NCBI GenBank assembly: GCA_963803435.1
Contig: CAWDML010000004.1
Coordinates: 96,001-160,000 of the forward strand
Length of the DNA stretch: 64,000 bases
Source of the DNA: an uncultured delta proteobacterium
Lineage (GTDB): Bacteria; Myxococcota; Kuafuiibacteriia; Kuafuiibacteriales; Kuafuiibacteriaceae
Direction of reading: 5' to 3'
The first letter of the stretch is position 1. Every line of letters begins with the position of its first letter. A program made the translations under genes and the position numbers. The notes under the pieces were generated by a model, which was not told where the DNA came from, did no database searches, and saw nothing but the letters and a program-made list of their open reading frames with translations. Of the stretch, positions 31,346 to 42,300 are shown piece by piece.

Positions 31346-31699
31346 GTGCGCGCGGATATCGGACGGTTCTTGGAGGGTCGGCTCCTCGAGACCATCAACG
31401 TGATGAAGGCCGTCTACGACGCCGGCACCGGCGCAGGCAAAGACGTCAACGTATGGATCGACGGTCGCGAGCTGGTCTTCGGCAAGAGCGCCGAGGAGGC
31501 GGGCCGGGGCTTCCTGCGCTTGATCCCGGGTGAGGTGTCGGTCGTGATCGCGTTCCCCAAGGGCAGCGAGATCCTCGATCCGAAGAAGCGCGCGCGTGGT
31601 TATCCGGGATCGCAGACCAAGATGACGCTGTCGCATCCGTCCGATCTCGACACCTACGTTCGGCGGATGATCGACGTGGCGTACGCGCTCGACGGCTAG
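31346..31699 (+). CDS. Hypothetical protein
   Basis: RBS GAGG; FPKGSEILDP..., YVRRMIDVAY. Confidence 0.6.
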   Translation: MRADIGRFLEGRLLETINVMKAVYDAGTGAGKDVNVWIDGRELVFGKSAEEAGRGFLRLIPGEVSVVIAFPKGSEILDPKKRARGYPGSQTKMTLSHPSDLDTYVRRMIDVAYALDG

Positions 31700-31786
31700 G
31701 AGTCTGCTAGGAGCGTGTAGCGCGTAGCGCTACCGCGAGCCCGGTCCGGGGCCCGGTCCCGGTCCCGGTCCCGGTCCCGATGGCGA

Positions 31787-32155
31787 TCATGCAGCCCGGC
31801 GTGCGTTCATCGACTTGATGAGGCGCGTGAGCATCTCGACAACGCGCTTGAGCTTGGCTCTGGCGGCTTGGACCTTCTGCCCGTTGGCGAGTCGGCGCCT
31901 CAAGCAGGTGTGGAGTGAGGCGGCGCTTTCGGTGCCAGAGCGAAGTGCCATCCGGTAGAAGCGAGCCTTCTCAGGTGGATTGAACTCTCCGGCGCCCTCG
32001 GCCGTGTTGTTCACGATGGAATCGGATGCCCGCCGAAGCTGATCGCGGACGTGAGCGTGACCGGGTTGCAGTTCTTGTGCGATCTCTTCAGCGATGTCGG
32101 CATACTCGACGGCGAGCTGGTAGGCCTCGAGCTTCTCGTGATCGAAAGTGGCCAT
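31787..32155 (-). CDS. Four-helix bundle protein (23S rRNA-IVS protein/TIGR02436-like), intact, 122 aa
   Basis: FDHEKLEAYQLA...DQLRRASDSIVNNTAEG...RFYRMALRSGTE...ML..LI family pattern. Confidence 0.9.
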   Translation of the reverse strand: MATFDHEKLEAYQLAVEYADIAEEIAQELQPGHAHVRDQLRRASDSIVNNTAEGAGEFNPPEKARFYRMALRSGTESAASLHTCLRRRLANGQKVQAARAKLKRVVEMLTRLIKSMNARRAA

Positions 32156-32191
32156 GCAAGCTAGCTTGCGGTAGCTCGTCCACTTTGACCT

Positions 32192-32590
32192 GGCGATGCT
32201 CCGCGGAAGATGACGGCAGACAACGGCTATCTGAGCGCGACCAACATCGAATTCTGCGACAACAATCAGATCGATGCCCACATCGCTGTTGGACGCGAAC
32301 AGAACCAAGACGCGTCGACTCCGTCCTCATCAGCTTCGGAGCCCACACCTGCCTCGCTCGCTCGCAAGCGAATGCGAGACAAGTTGCAAACGCGCGACGG
32401 CAAGGCGGTCTACGCCCGCAGGAAGAGTATCGTCGAACCGGCGCTCGGACAGATCAAAGCGGCACGAGGATTCCGCCGGTTCTCGCTCCGCTCCTTCTTC
32501 AAGGTACGAGCCGAGTGGACGCTCGTCTGCCTCACCCACAACCTGCTCAAGCTCTACCGATCGAAGCTCGCGACCGTCGCGAGCGTCTGA
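32192..32590 (+). pseudogene. IS1182-family transposase, C-terminal remnant
   Basis: ADNGY, YARRKSIVEPALGQIK..RGFRRFSLR..KV..EW.LVCL.HNLLKL. Confidence 0.9.
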
Positions 32591-32686
32591 CTCAAGGCAG
32601 CCATCTTCAGATCGGGACCCGGACCGGGACCGGGACCGGGACCCGGACCGGGCTCGCGTGAGCGCTTACGCGCTACACGCTCCTAG

Positions 32687-33127
32687 CTAGTCGACGGCCC
32701 AGAAGGTCCGGACCAGCAGCTTCGGCGGGTGGGCGGCCTCCAGGTGGCCCTCGACCACGTAGGTCTTTCCGATCTGGAACGGCTTGCACTCGATCTCGTT
32801 GAGCGGTCCCTTGCACCGGATGTCCTCGCCCTCGTACGTGCCGCCGAGGACCATGGGCCAGTCGTCGAGCCCTTCCTTCGGGAGGTCGAGCCCGGTGTCG
32901 ATGACGAGCGGTCCGCGGCAGTACTGGCAGTCCTTGCAGTACGTCTTCCACTCGCCGTCCTCCTGACGGCAGCGCGCTCCGCTCTTGAACTTCGCCTTCA
33001 CCACCACGCGCTGGCCGATGTGCGCATCGATGTTCTTCAGGAACTCGTCCGCGTCGATGGACGCGGGCGGCCCGAAGCAGGCCGGAACCAGGAGCGCGAG
33101 CGAGAGGATCCAGATCCGATGCGTCAT
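32687..33127 (-). CDS. Hypothetical lipoprotein (Cys-containing, OB-fold-like)
   Basis: MTHRIWILSLALLVPAC lipobox; HIGQRVVVKA, GKTYVVEG. Confidence 0.7.
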   Translation of the reverse strand: MTHRIWILSLALLVPACFGPPASIDADEFLKNIDAHIGQRVVVKAKFKSGARCRQEDGEWKTYCKDCQYCRGPLVIDTGLDLPKEGLDDWPMVLGGTYEGEDIRCKGPLNEIECKPFQIGKTYVVEGHLEAAHPPKLLVRTFWAVD

Positions 33128-33135
33128 ACCTAACC

Positions 33136-33744
33136 TCAATAACGGGCGGAGGCCCGCGATCTTCCCCAATCCGGGTTGGCGATCGGTCCCTCGACGTCGC
33201 ACTCGAGGAACAGGTGGCGGTCGCCCTCGAACACGTGGCGCCCGCGCCGGTGCAGGCCCGCGATCCTCAGCGCCGGCGGGACGGCGAGCGGCACCGGCGC
33301 TCCGGAGAGCGCGGCGTCGGCCGGAACCACGAGCCGGTACAGGGCCAGGAATCGTTGCTCGCGCGTGATGAACAGATCGTACATCTCCGGCTCCGGCATC
33401 GGCCCCGCGAAACCGATGCGCTCGGTCGCCTTCCTCGCGGCCAGGCGCGCGCGGACCTTGCTGGTGATGAACCCCTCGGCGATGTGGTGGTGATCCTTCG
33501 AGTCGCCGACGGCCAGCACCACGGTCTGTCCCTCGAAGCGATACACACCCGCCGCCAGATCGTGCCACCACGGGAGCTCGCCGCGGCCGACCTGACCGAT
33601 CTCCGCGGTAGCCGTGTCGGTCGAGACCAGCTCGGCGGTGATCTCGGGCGGCGGCGGCAGCGGCTCCGGGTCGGGCGCGTTCGCCGTCGCGCTCGGGGCC
33701 GCGCAGGCGGCCAGCAACACCGGGAGGACGATCGGGGCACGCAT
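33136..33744 (-). CDS. Hypothetical lipoprotein
   Basis: Lipobox LAAC; translationally coupled to the upstream gene. Confidence 0.7.
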   Translation of the reverse strand: MRAPIVLPVLLAACAAPSATANAPDPEPLPPPPEITAELVSTDTATAEIGQVGRGELPWWHDLAAGVYRFEGQTVVLAVGDSKDHHHIAEGFITSKVRARLAARKATERIGFAGPMPEPEMYDLFITREQRFLALYRLVVPADAALSGAPVPLAVPPALRIAGLHRRGRHVFEGDRHLFLECDVEGPIANPDWGRSRASARY

Positions 33745-34955
33745 CAGGATCCGAACTTCATCCTGCCGAACCGGACCACGTTGTGAAAGTCACCCACGCG
33801 CGGAGGCGACCATGCGGTGAATTCGCCCTCTGTCCGCCCGTCCACGCGGTGTTTCTCGATCCGGAACGCGTTCATCCGCCACTCGTCCCCCGGCTTGGGT
33901 GGGGCGCTCAGCCACCTCAGCTTCTGAAAGGGAACCGACCACTCGCTGACCCAGCCCCGATCGCGGTCGGGCACGTTGAGCGTCCCGTCGATGACGGTGC
34001 CGACCGTCTGTCCCGCGTCGAACGAGGTGTCCATCCCCTGCCGCCGGCCTGTGAACGACGCGTCGAAGATGACGCCGCCAGGCGACGCCTGGAGCTCGAG
34101 ATACGGGCCGAGCTCGGGCGCGCGGACGTTGGGCATCAGGAAGACCTCGACGCTCTCGTGCTCGTAGATCGGATCGTCCCGCTTCTGGTACCGCTCGGTG
34201 ACGTCCGCATCCTCGCTCTCGAACGCGACGTAGAGGTTCTGGTCGTCGTAGAGCAGGCGCAGCTTGGTGGGGAACGCGACCGCGACGTCGCGCCCCATGC
34301 TGTCGGCGAAGGTGAGCACCTCCGCGGTCTGCCAGGCGGGCTCGTCGAGCTTGCCGTCGGCGACGATCTTCTCGGCCGTGCGCTTCACGGTGGTCTCCGG
34401 CAGATCGTCGGCGCGCGCCTCACCGATGGGGAGCACCGCGGCCCGGATGCGGTCGTGGCCGTCCTGGCTGTTCGGCGGGCCCTCGACGGTGGCGCGGACA
34501 TCTCCCTTGAATAGACCTGCGTAGAGGACGAGAGTTCCACCGGGCGCATCCGGCGGGATGAGGACCTTGTGCGGATCGGCCCAGATCTCGCCCTTCTCCC
34601 ATACTGAAGGAGGCAGCCGGCCCAAGATCGGCGCGTGGTCCGCCACCAGGACCCGCTGTCCTGCGGGCGTCTCGCCGTGCACGAAGACGTCCCAATCTCC
34701 GCTCATCGGCTCGAGGACCTGGAAGTAGTGGGTCACGTCGACGACGTCGGCGCGGGCCGGGTGCGCGGGCGCGACGTCGACGCCGAGATACGCGATCTCT
34801 CCGCGCCCGTCGCGCTCGTGGAGCACGACCTTCGACGGGAACATCGGCGACGCGCTCGAGCGGCGGAGCGCGGCGATCGCCGGATCGTTGCGGGCCGCTT
34901 TCGGGTCCGCCTTGCATGCGAGGAGGCAGAGGAGGAGAGACCACCCGCGCCGCAT
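33744..34955 (-). CDS. Carbohydrate-binding family 9-like (DOMON/CBM9) lipoprotein
   Basis: DGKLDEPAW, LLYDDQNLYVAF, ESVEVF, W..EW.VPF, WRMN.FR, DFH. Confidence 0.85.
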   Translation of the reverse strand: MRRGWSLLLCLLACKADPKAARNDPAIAALRRSSASPMFPSKVVLHERDGRGEIAYLGVDVAPAHPARADVVDVTHYFQVLEPMSGDWDVFVHGETPAGQRVLVADHAPILGRLPPSVWEKGEIWADPHKVLIPPDAPGGTLVLYAGLFKGDVRATVEGPPNSQDGHDRIRAAVLPIGEARADDLPETTVKRTAEKIVADGKLDEPAWQTAEVLTFADSMGRDVAVAFPTKLRLLYDDQNLYVAFESEDADVTERYQKRDDPIYEHESVEVFLMPNVRAPELGPYLELQASPGGVIFDASFTGRRQGMDTSFDAGQTVGTVIDGTLNVPDRDRGWVSEWSVPFQKLRWLSAPPKPGDEWRMNAFRIEKHRVDGRTEGEFTAWSPPRVGDFHNVVRFGRMKFGS

Positions 34956-35160
34956 GGTCGGGCTGTTAGCACGCAGGCGTCCGCCCATCGACCGACGACA
35001 GGTGGGAGGATGAAGCAGATGATGGACCCTTCCTGGCTGGGGCTCCCCCTACCCGTGATCGCTGTTATCAAAGTAACGACGTCCGTTCGGCGTATGTCGG
35101 CAAAACGGCGGTCGGGTGCACGACGCGTTCACAAGACCAAGGGAGACGGGGGTCACTTCA

Positions 35161-35177
35161 CCGGCACGACGGTTGCC
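35161..35177 (+). promoter_or_regulatory. Sigma54 (-24/-12) promoter for the metalloprotease pair
   Basis: CCGGCACGACGGTTGCC: GG-N10-GC, close to the YTGGCACG-N4-TTGC consensus, in a ~450 bp intergenic region. Confidence 0.65.
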
Positions 35178-35354
35178 TGCTACCGGGCGTCCGATCGCGC
35201 CGTGACGCGAGCGGGAGGGTTCGAGACGTGATGCATCGAGAGAACGCCCACCGAGCACACACGATTCCAACGAGCTCTGCCGCTTTGCGCCATGACGTTT
35301 TTGCTGGACCGCGGGTGACGGCTTGGTGTCAACCAGCCGAGCCCACATACGAGT

Positions 35355-35386
<32 letters not shown>

Positions 35387-35403
35387 TGAACGGAGGACGC
35401 GGA

Positions 35404-38400
35404 ATGATGGTGAGGAAGTCCGCTGGGCTGAGCCTGGCGATCCTCGGCACCTCGATGATCCTGGGGTCGTTCGGCTGCGAACACCGCAACGACGATATCA
35501 ACCAGGTTCAACCGGGGTACGTGAGGAAGGCGATCTTCGAGCAGGATAGCGAGTGGTATTACCGCCGCACGATCGCCAAGTCGGAGACGACGAATCAATA
35601 TATCGTCGAGGGGCACGGCGACATCCCCCTGGACAGGGTGAAGTTCAACGTTCAGGAGAACGTCCTGATCGCTTACAAGCCCTATGAAGCGATCCCGGGC
35701 TCCCAGACCCAGGAGCTCGAGGGCAACACGTTCTTCGAAGGGACGGTGCTGGCCGCCTGGCCCATCGAGTCCCACTTCGACATCATCCGCAACTACGATC
35801 CGGTCACCGGGAACGAGACCAACGTTCTCATGGAGAACACGACCGATCGTCCCTGGTACGAGCGCGACTACATGCGCGTCGACTGGGCGAGCAACCTGGT
35901 CGAGAAGTCGATCTACGGCGACTACAGCGGCTACTGGTTCCCGGTCTACTACGTGTCGACCGGGAGCTATTGGACGAACCTCGAGACCCGTCCCACTGAT
36001 CCGTTCGCGTCCCGGTTCAGCGACGACTACGTCGAGGTCACCGACCATGCGATCCTGGGCATGGACCTCTTCATGTGCGCCGCGTTCGGTGGGTACTCAC
36101 TCGCCCACTACACGAACTGCGGCTACGGCGAGGCCAAGGTCCGGCACAGCTTCGTTCGCGTGAAGACGCCGAGCGACTTCGTGCCGCGCGCCTATCCGGA
36201 CTCGGTCGTGAGAAAGGATCCCTCCACCGGGGAGACCATCTACGACGACGAGACCGGCGAGGTGAAGCGCGAGCACTACTACAACCGGTTCGGCCTCTTC
36301 CGCATCGAGGTCCCGACCTACGATCGCGGCTACGGGCTCACCGAGAGCGGCCGCCTCTTCCGCGCGATGATCTTCAACCTCTGGGAGAAGAGCACCGACG
36401 CCAACGGCAACGAGCTGCCCCTGGCGGAGCGCACGCCGAAGCCCATCATCTACTACCTCAACACCGAGTACCCGGCCCGCTATCGCGAGGCTGCGGCGCA
36501 GGTGTCCGCCGAGTACGGCCGCGTTTTCACGCAGATGGTGGCCGACATGCAGGGCAAGTCGGTCGACCAGCTCAAGCAGGAGGTCGGCGGCGAGATGTAC
36601 CAGATCCGGGACAACGACTGTAACGAGGCCAACGTCATCAGCTTCGTGTCGGCGAATCCGGACCTCATCTACGCGGTCGAGCGCGCCGTCTGCAAGGACG
36701 GCGAGGCGTGCGACCTCACGGTGGACAATCTCTCCGACGCCATCGGCGTGGGCAACCTGAAGGAGGTCTGCACCTCCCTCGAGTCCGCCACGCTCGATCC
36801 GAGCACCGGCAAGAGCGAGTTCAGCTGGCAGCGGATCGGCGACGCCCGCTACAACATGGTGGTCTACCTGAACAACCCGCAGCGCTCCCCGTGGGGCGGC
36901 TACGGCCCGATGCACGCCGACGCGCGCACCGGCGAGACCGTCAGCGCCACCGCGTTCCTCCGTGGCAACAGCTACGAGATCGGCGCGGCGAACATCGTCG
37001 ACTACATCGAGTTCATCAACGACGAGAAGTCCGAGTCCGAGATCATTTACGGCCAGGACGTCCGCAAGGCGATCTCGACCTCGCTCGAGCGCGCCCACGC
37101 GCTGGAGAACGCCCAGGCCAGCCCGCAGTTCATGGATCGGATGATGAACCGGCTGCACGCCCTCGGCTCCACCAAGGAAGAGCTCCTGGTCGAGGCGCCG
37201 AACGCCGAGCACCTCAACAACCGGCTGTCGCGGATCAAGGGCACCAAGCTCGAGGACGCGCTCATCAACGAGAAGCAGCTCTGGATGGCCGCCGACGGCG
37301 ACTGGCGTCCGGGCATGCCGATCACCGACGAGCAGCGTGAGCTGGCCTCGCCGGTGGGCCGCATGTCGATCCAGAACCCGACCTCCATCACCCGCCGCCG
37401 CGCCCGCGCGGCCCTGGGTCAGGCCGGCTTCTGCTTCCTCGAGCACGAGTTCGACAACGACTGGGTGGGCCTGGCCCTCAAGCTGAAGGACCTGCCGCGC
37501 CACACGACGTGCGACTCGAACAACAACTGCACGAAGGGCCGCTTCGAGATCGTCGCCGACCGCCTCATGAAGCACGTCATGCTCCACGAGCTCGGCCACA
37601 ACGTGGGTCTCGCCCACAACTTCGAAGGCAGCTACGACGCCCTCAACTACCCGGATCAGTTCTGGAACCTCAACTGGGCCAGCGATCAGGAGAAGCTCGA
37701 GGGGCAGTACCAGGAGTTCCGGCACACCACCGTGATGGAGTACCTGTCCGGCAAGGGCGCGTTCGACGACTCGCTCGGCAAGTACGACGAGGCCGCCATC
37801 CGGTTCGCCTACGCGAACCAGGTCGAGGTCTTCGCCAGCGACAAGATCGACCAGAGCCTGCAGGGCGGCGAGGCCCTCCGTGCCTGGCGGTACTACAACG
37901 ACTACCGGAAGATTCCGGACTACCTGTGCGGCGCCGGCGGCTGCGCGTCGGACGACGAGCGGCGTGAGGTGATCAAGGACCGCAAGTGGGTCGACTTCGA
38001 TCCGCAGGCCCCGAACCAGCTCGAGGTGCCGTTCCTCTTCTGCGACAACTACTACGACCGCGTGACCCCGTTCTGCGCGACGTTCGACTACGGTTCGAAC
38101 CTCCGCGAGATCCACGCGAACTACTACACGCTGTGGTCGCAGTACTTCTTCTTCAACAACTTCGCCCGTGAGCGTCTCGACCCGCTGGCCTGGAGCCCGA
38201 GCCGCGCGCTCATCCCGGCGGAGCTGGCCATGACGAACCTCGACGTGGTGGCGCAGTACTTCTATTACATGAACGCGACCGACCCGACGTTCTCCCAGAC
38301 CGACATCGCCGAGGACATGGCCACCACGCTGGCCCACGGCCTCAACATGGCGGCGGAGATCATCTCGACGCCGGAGCCGATCCGGATGTGCCCGTGGACG

Positions 38401-39336
38401 GCCACCACCAACCCGGTGGTGTACCTGCCCTGGTACTTCCACAACGCGTGCGACGAGTACGCCGACCTCAACAGCGACTACGCGATCCGCGCCCAGGCGA
38501 TCCAGGTGCCGCTCGGCGACGCCCGGCCCTCGACCCTCGGTCTGACGGAGGACTACGAGGAGTATCAGTGGTCGTTCGTCGGGTCGTACTTCGACAAGTC
38601 GGACGTCCTCTTCCTGCTCGGCTACACGCAGCCGACGCTGTTCCGGTTCAACTACGACCTCGACGAGCGCAACTACTACATCAGCCTCTATCGGCTGTTC
38701 GAGGGTGAGCTCCGGCAGTTCTACGATTCTTTGATCAACCTGGACGGCTTCTTCATCCGCTCGGAGACCGCCGAGAAGCTCGGCTCCTACTGGTGCCGGG
38801 ACGAGACGGCCCCGACCGTGGCGCACCTCGGTCACTTCGAGCCGCGCAAGATGATCGATCCGGAGGCTGCCGATCAGACCTCGCTGCCCGGTCCGAGCGC
38901 CCAGTGCTTGAACGCCGCCGTGGTCTATCCGGAGCTCCTGTCGAACATGCCGTATGAGGCGATGTTCGTGGCGCACGCGTTGTTCAGCTCCGACTTCGAC
39001 GGACAGCTCAACATGGGCAAGTCCATGAAGGTGTTCGTGGTCGGTGCCGACGACGACTTCACGGACTGGTCGCAGCTGCCGAACTGCGAGGTCGCAGCGG
39101 CGGACGCCCAGTGCTACTGCCAGATGACGGACAGCCTGACCGGTCTCCAGTACCGGTCGGTGACGCAGCCGGCCGGCGTGCCGAGCATCGGCTGCCGACT
39201 CATCGAGCGGGCGGACGAGGCCCAGTCGAACTATCAGACGTCCGGCGGGAATCCTTACTACAAGGATAACTGGCGGCAGTGGATCGAGCGGCTCGAGTTC
39301 GCTCGTGACCTCTACCGGCTCTACAACACCCGGTGA
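35404..39336 (+). CDS. Large zinc-dependent metalloprotease lipoprotein (metzincin-type), ~1310 aa
   Basis: Lipobox SFGC; HELGHNVGLAHNF; Met-turn TVMEY; GKYDEAAIRFAY. Confidence 0.88.
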   Translation: MMVRKSAGLSLAILGTSMILGSFGCEHRNDDINQVQPGYVRKAIFEQDSEWYYRRTIAKSETTNQYIVEGHGDIPLDRVKFNVQENVLIAYKPYEAIPGSQTQELEGNTFFEGTVLAAWPIESHFDIIRNYDPVTGNETNVLMENTTDRPWYERDYMRVDWASNLVEKSIYGDYSGYWFPVYYVSTGSYWTNLETRPTDPFASRFSDDYVEVTDHAILGMDLFMCAAFGGYSLAHYTNCGYGEAKVRHSFVRVKTPSDFVPRAYPDSVVRKDPSTGETIYDDETGEVKREHYYNRFGLFRIEVPTYDRGYGLTESGRLFRAMIFNLWEKSTDANGNELPLAERTPKPIIYYLNTEYPARYREAAAQVSAEYGRVFTQMVADMQGKSVDQLKQEVGGEMYQIRDNDCNEANVISFVSANPDLIYAVERAVCKDGEACDLTVDNLSDAIGVGNLKEVCTSLESATLDPSTGKSEFSWQRIGDARYNMVVYLNNPQRSPWGGYGPMHADARTGETVSATAFLRGNSYEIGAANIVDYIEFINDEKSESEIIYGQDVRKAISTSLERAHALENAQASPQFMDRMMNRLHALGSTKEELLVEAPNAEHLNNRLSRIKGTKLEDALINEKQLWMAADGDWRPGMPITDEQRELASPVGRMSIQNPTSITRRRARAALGQAGFCFLEHEFDNDWVGLALKLKDLPRHTTCDSNNNCTKGRFEIVADRLMKHVMLHELGHNVGLAHNFEGSYDALNYPDQFWNLNWASDQEKLEGQYQEFRHTTVMEYLSGKGAFDDSLGKYDEAAIRFAYANQVEVFASDKIDQSLQGGEALRAWRYYNDYRKIPDYLCGAGGCASDDERREVIKDRKWVDFDPQAPNQLEVPFLFCDNYYDRVTPFCATFDYGSNLREIHANYYTLWSQYFFFNNFARERLDPLAWSPSRALIPAELAMTNLDVVAQYFYYMNATDPTFSQTDIAEDMATTLAHGLNMAAEIISTPEPIRMCPWTATTNPVVYLPWYFHNACDEYADLNSDYAIRAQAIQVPLGDARPSTLGLTEDYEEYQWSFVGSYFDKSDVLFLLGYTQPTLFRFNYDLDERNYYISLYRLFEGELRQFYDSLINLDGFFIRSETAEKLGSYWCRDETAPTVAHLGHFEPRKMIDPEAADQTSLPGPSAQCLNAAVVYPELLSNMPYEAMFVAHALFSSDFDGQLNMGKSMKVFVVGADDDFTDWSQLPNCEVAAADAQCYCQMTDSLTGLQYRSVTQPAGVPSIGCRLIERADEAQSNYQTSGGNPYYKDNWRQWIERLEFARDLYRLYNTR

Positions 39337-39362
39337 TGGAAGGAAGAAGGGAGACCCTGAGC

Positions 39363-42300
39363 ATGCAGTACAGCATCAAAGCAGGTGCCGGTCTCGCCCT
39401 GGCGATGGCTCTCGGGTGTGCACCGGACGTATCGACGGTCGATCGCACTCAACCGAATGCGCTCAACAAGTCGCAGTTCGAGGGCATCTGGTACCACCGG
39501 GCGACGATCATCGAAGCGGACCCCGAGGCGGGGGACACGGAGGGACTGACCTCCAACTCGGAGAAGATCCGTTGGGACATCACGGAGGGGCTGCTCATCG
39601 CTTACCGAAGCTATGAGTTCGTGCCCTACGCCGAGGGTCTGACGGACGAAGGCCGCGACTTCTTCGGAGCGCCGGTGGCGGCGTTCCAGATCCTCAAGCA
39701 CTTCGACATCCAGCGCGACTACAACCCGACCACGGGCGTCGAGTCGAACGTGCTGGTGGAGAACGACACGGATCGTCCGTGGTTCGAGCGGCAGTACATG
39801 CGTGTCGACTGGTCGACGAACATCGTCGGCCAGAGCACGGCGTTCTGGACCGGCTGGTCGAACTACCCGGACGCGTATCTGTCGGGTGAGGCGAAGGCCA
39901 AGTACTACGTGCAGGGGCAGGATGAGACCAACATCAACCGCCCGATCTTCACGGAGAACTACTTCGACGTCACCAACATCTACAGCGTGTCGCCGGACGC
40001 CTACTACTGCAACGTCATGCTCCTGTACAACCAGGTGCCGCGCTGCGGTCTCGGCAACGTCAAGGTCCGTCTGTCGTTCCGCAAGGTCGATCCGCAGGAC
40101 GACTACGAGTCGCTCTACTACCCGGACTACATCGAGCTGAAGGATGACGCGGGTAACGCGATCATCACGAACTTCGATGGCCGGAGCTGCGACAACTACG
40201 ATCCGGGCGCCTGCTCGGTGAAGACGTACCCGTACGACGCCGCCTTCGGAAACTTCCGCGTCATGCGCGCCGCCTTCGATCGCGAACGGTTCCTCACCCG
40301 GACCGGCCGCATCTACATGGCCGGCCGCCACAACCTGTGGAAGGACAGCTTCAACGACGACGGCTCGGTCATCCCGTACGACCAGCGGACCCCGAAGCCG
40401 ATCATCTACTACGCCAACGTGCAGTTCCCCGCGGACGTGTACGCCAAGGCGCAGAAGATGGCGGACGCCTGGAACAAGCCGTTCACCGACGTGGTGGCCT
40501 ACCGCAAGGGCTACCTGACGCCTGAGGGCCAGCCGGACGACGCGCGTCTCCGCAACGAGATGGGCGAGGACATGTTCCAGTTCCGCAAGAACACCTGCAA
40601 CCCGGAGAACATCGCCGCCTACGCGGAGGCCAACGGGTACAGCGACGTGGTGGAGCGGATCGCGGGCTCGGCCGATCGCATCGCGATCGGGAACGTCGAG
40701 CAGGTCTGCGCCGCGGTGCAGTTCGCGGAGCTCAAGGACGGCAAGACGCTCGATCCGGCCTACGCGGCGCGGACGGGCACGCCGATGGCGTTCACCTGGG
40801 AGCGCAAGGGCGACCTTCGCTTCAACTTCGAGAACTACATCACCCAGCTTCAGTTCTACGGGCCGTGGGGCGTCGCCCAGTTCGGCCAGGATCCGGAGAC
40901 GGGCATGTTCTACTCGAACACCGCCAACTACTTCGGTGACGCCGGCGACAACATCTCGCAGAACGAGGTGGACGTCATCCAGTGGCTGAACGGCGATCTC
41001 TCGGAGGAGGAGCTCTTCCGGGGTGACGTGACCCGCCGTGAGGTGGTGTCGCGCCGGCAGGTCCGGAACAACGGCATCCGCGACGTCGTGAAGCAGATGC
41101 TGGCCCAGCAAGAGGACGAGATCATCGATCAGAGCGGCGATCATCTCTTCACCGAGGGCACCCCGGACGAAGAAGACCGCCGATTCCAGGCGATGTGGGG
41201 CAATACGGACCTCGAGAAGAACTACCTGGTGAACGACGATCTGCTTCGCTCGTACGCCGGTCCGAACCTCTACCAGCCCTTCGGCAATGCGCCGCCGCCC
41301 ACCGGCATCGCGCAGCTGGTTCCGGGCGACGTGACCCAGCAGGCCCTCGACGCGGCCCGTCCCAGCACCTGGGGCACCACGTCGGACACGAATCCGTTCA
41401 TGAAGGCCGCGTACGAGCTCGGCCGGGGCGGCTTCGACATGGCCGACTTCTTCGACCCGAACTCTGCGGGCCTCGCCGAGTTCTTCAAGGGCGAGGATCG
41501 GGACACGATCTACCAGTGGCTCCGCACCGAGCTCTTCGCGGCGGTCAACAGCCACGAGACCGGTCACACGTTCGGCCTGCGGCACAACTTCGAGGCCTCG
41601 ATGGATCCGCAGAACTACCGGCCCGAGTTCTGGTGGCTGCAGAACGCCGACGGCAACGTGATCCAGTACTGGAACAACCCGCCGACGGAGGGCAACGAGC
41701 ACCGCGGCAACGAGTACAAGTACGCGTCCATCATGGACTACGCGTTCGACATCCCGCTGGAAGGCTTCTACGGCATCGGCAAGTACGACGAGGCCGCGAT
41801 CCGCTTTATGTACGGGCAGATGCAGGAAGTCTGGGACAACACCAAGGTCTCGATTCCGGATCCGCGCAAGTACGGCTCGTTCGCCCGCCGCTGCGGTCAC
41901 GACTCCGACTTCTGGGGGCTGCCGGGCCTGATGTACTGGATGTCGCCGGAGCACATTCCGGTCATCCTGTCGCAGACGCCCAAGGATCAGGCACCCTGCG
42001 CGGGAGACTACGACGTCAACACGGCCTGCGACTCGGAGCTCGACCGGATCTTCCGCGAGATGGTGGTCCGCGTGGAGTCGAACGCGCAGTCGAACAACCT
42101 GCCGTCGTCCTGCGCGCTGTTCATCGGCGATGTGAACTGGATGCTGTCGGAGATCAAGAAGCTGACGCCGAACGCGCAGAACGTGTACGGCGCTCGCAAG
42201 TACGCCAAGGTCGAGGATCTCGATCACGCAGCGGATCGAAGTGCTGACCAACCCGCCGGAGTACGACGACGTCGGCACGGCCTCCGTCGACGAGTCCAAG

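Larger units (their letters stand above)
31711..32682 (+). mobile_element. Copy 1 (972 bp) of an IS1182-derived element carrying a four-helix-bundle gene; CTAG duplications at 31707-31710 and 32683-32686
   Basis: Terminal inverted repeats GAGCGTGTAGCGCGT...(GGTCCC)n at 31711-31781 and 32611-32682; near-identical copies at 46723 and 49626. Confidence 0.92.

Noticed and set aside
31741-31780. GGTCCC arrays as a CRISPR or coding repeat
   Set aside because: No spacers and no cas genes; the arrays are part of the element's TIRs. The TGTGT and DRDPD translations are spurious frames.
31787-32155. Diversity-generating retroelement or 23S rRNA intervening sequence
   Set aside because: The protein is Avd/IVS-like, but the window shows no reverse transcriptase, no TR/VR pair and no rRNA gene.
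42200-42260. Programmed frameshift in the second metalloprotease (and in pyrC near 59600)
   Set aside because: No slippery sequence is visible, and similar single-base indels recur across the window, which points to sequencing error.
36097-42299. Long antisense ORFs (36097-38976, 39321-42299; also 4719-7628 and others)
   Set aside because: Shadow ORFs of high-GC3 genes, with no recognisable motifs.
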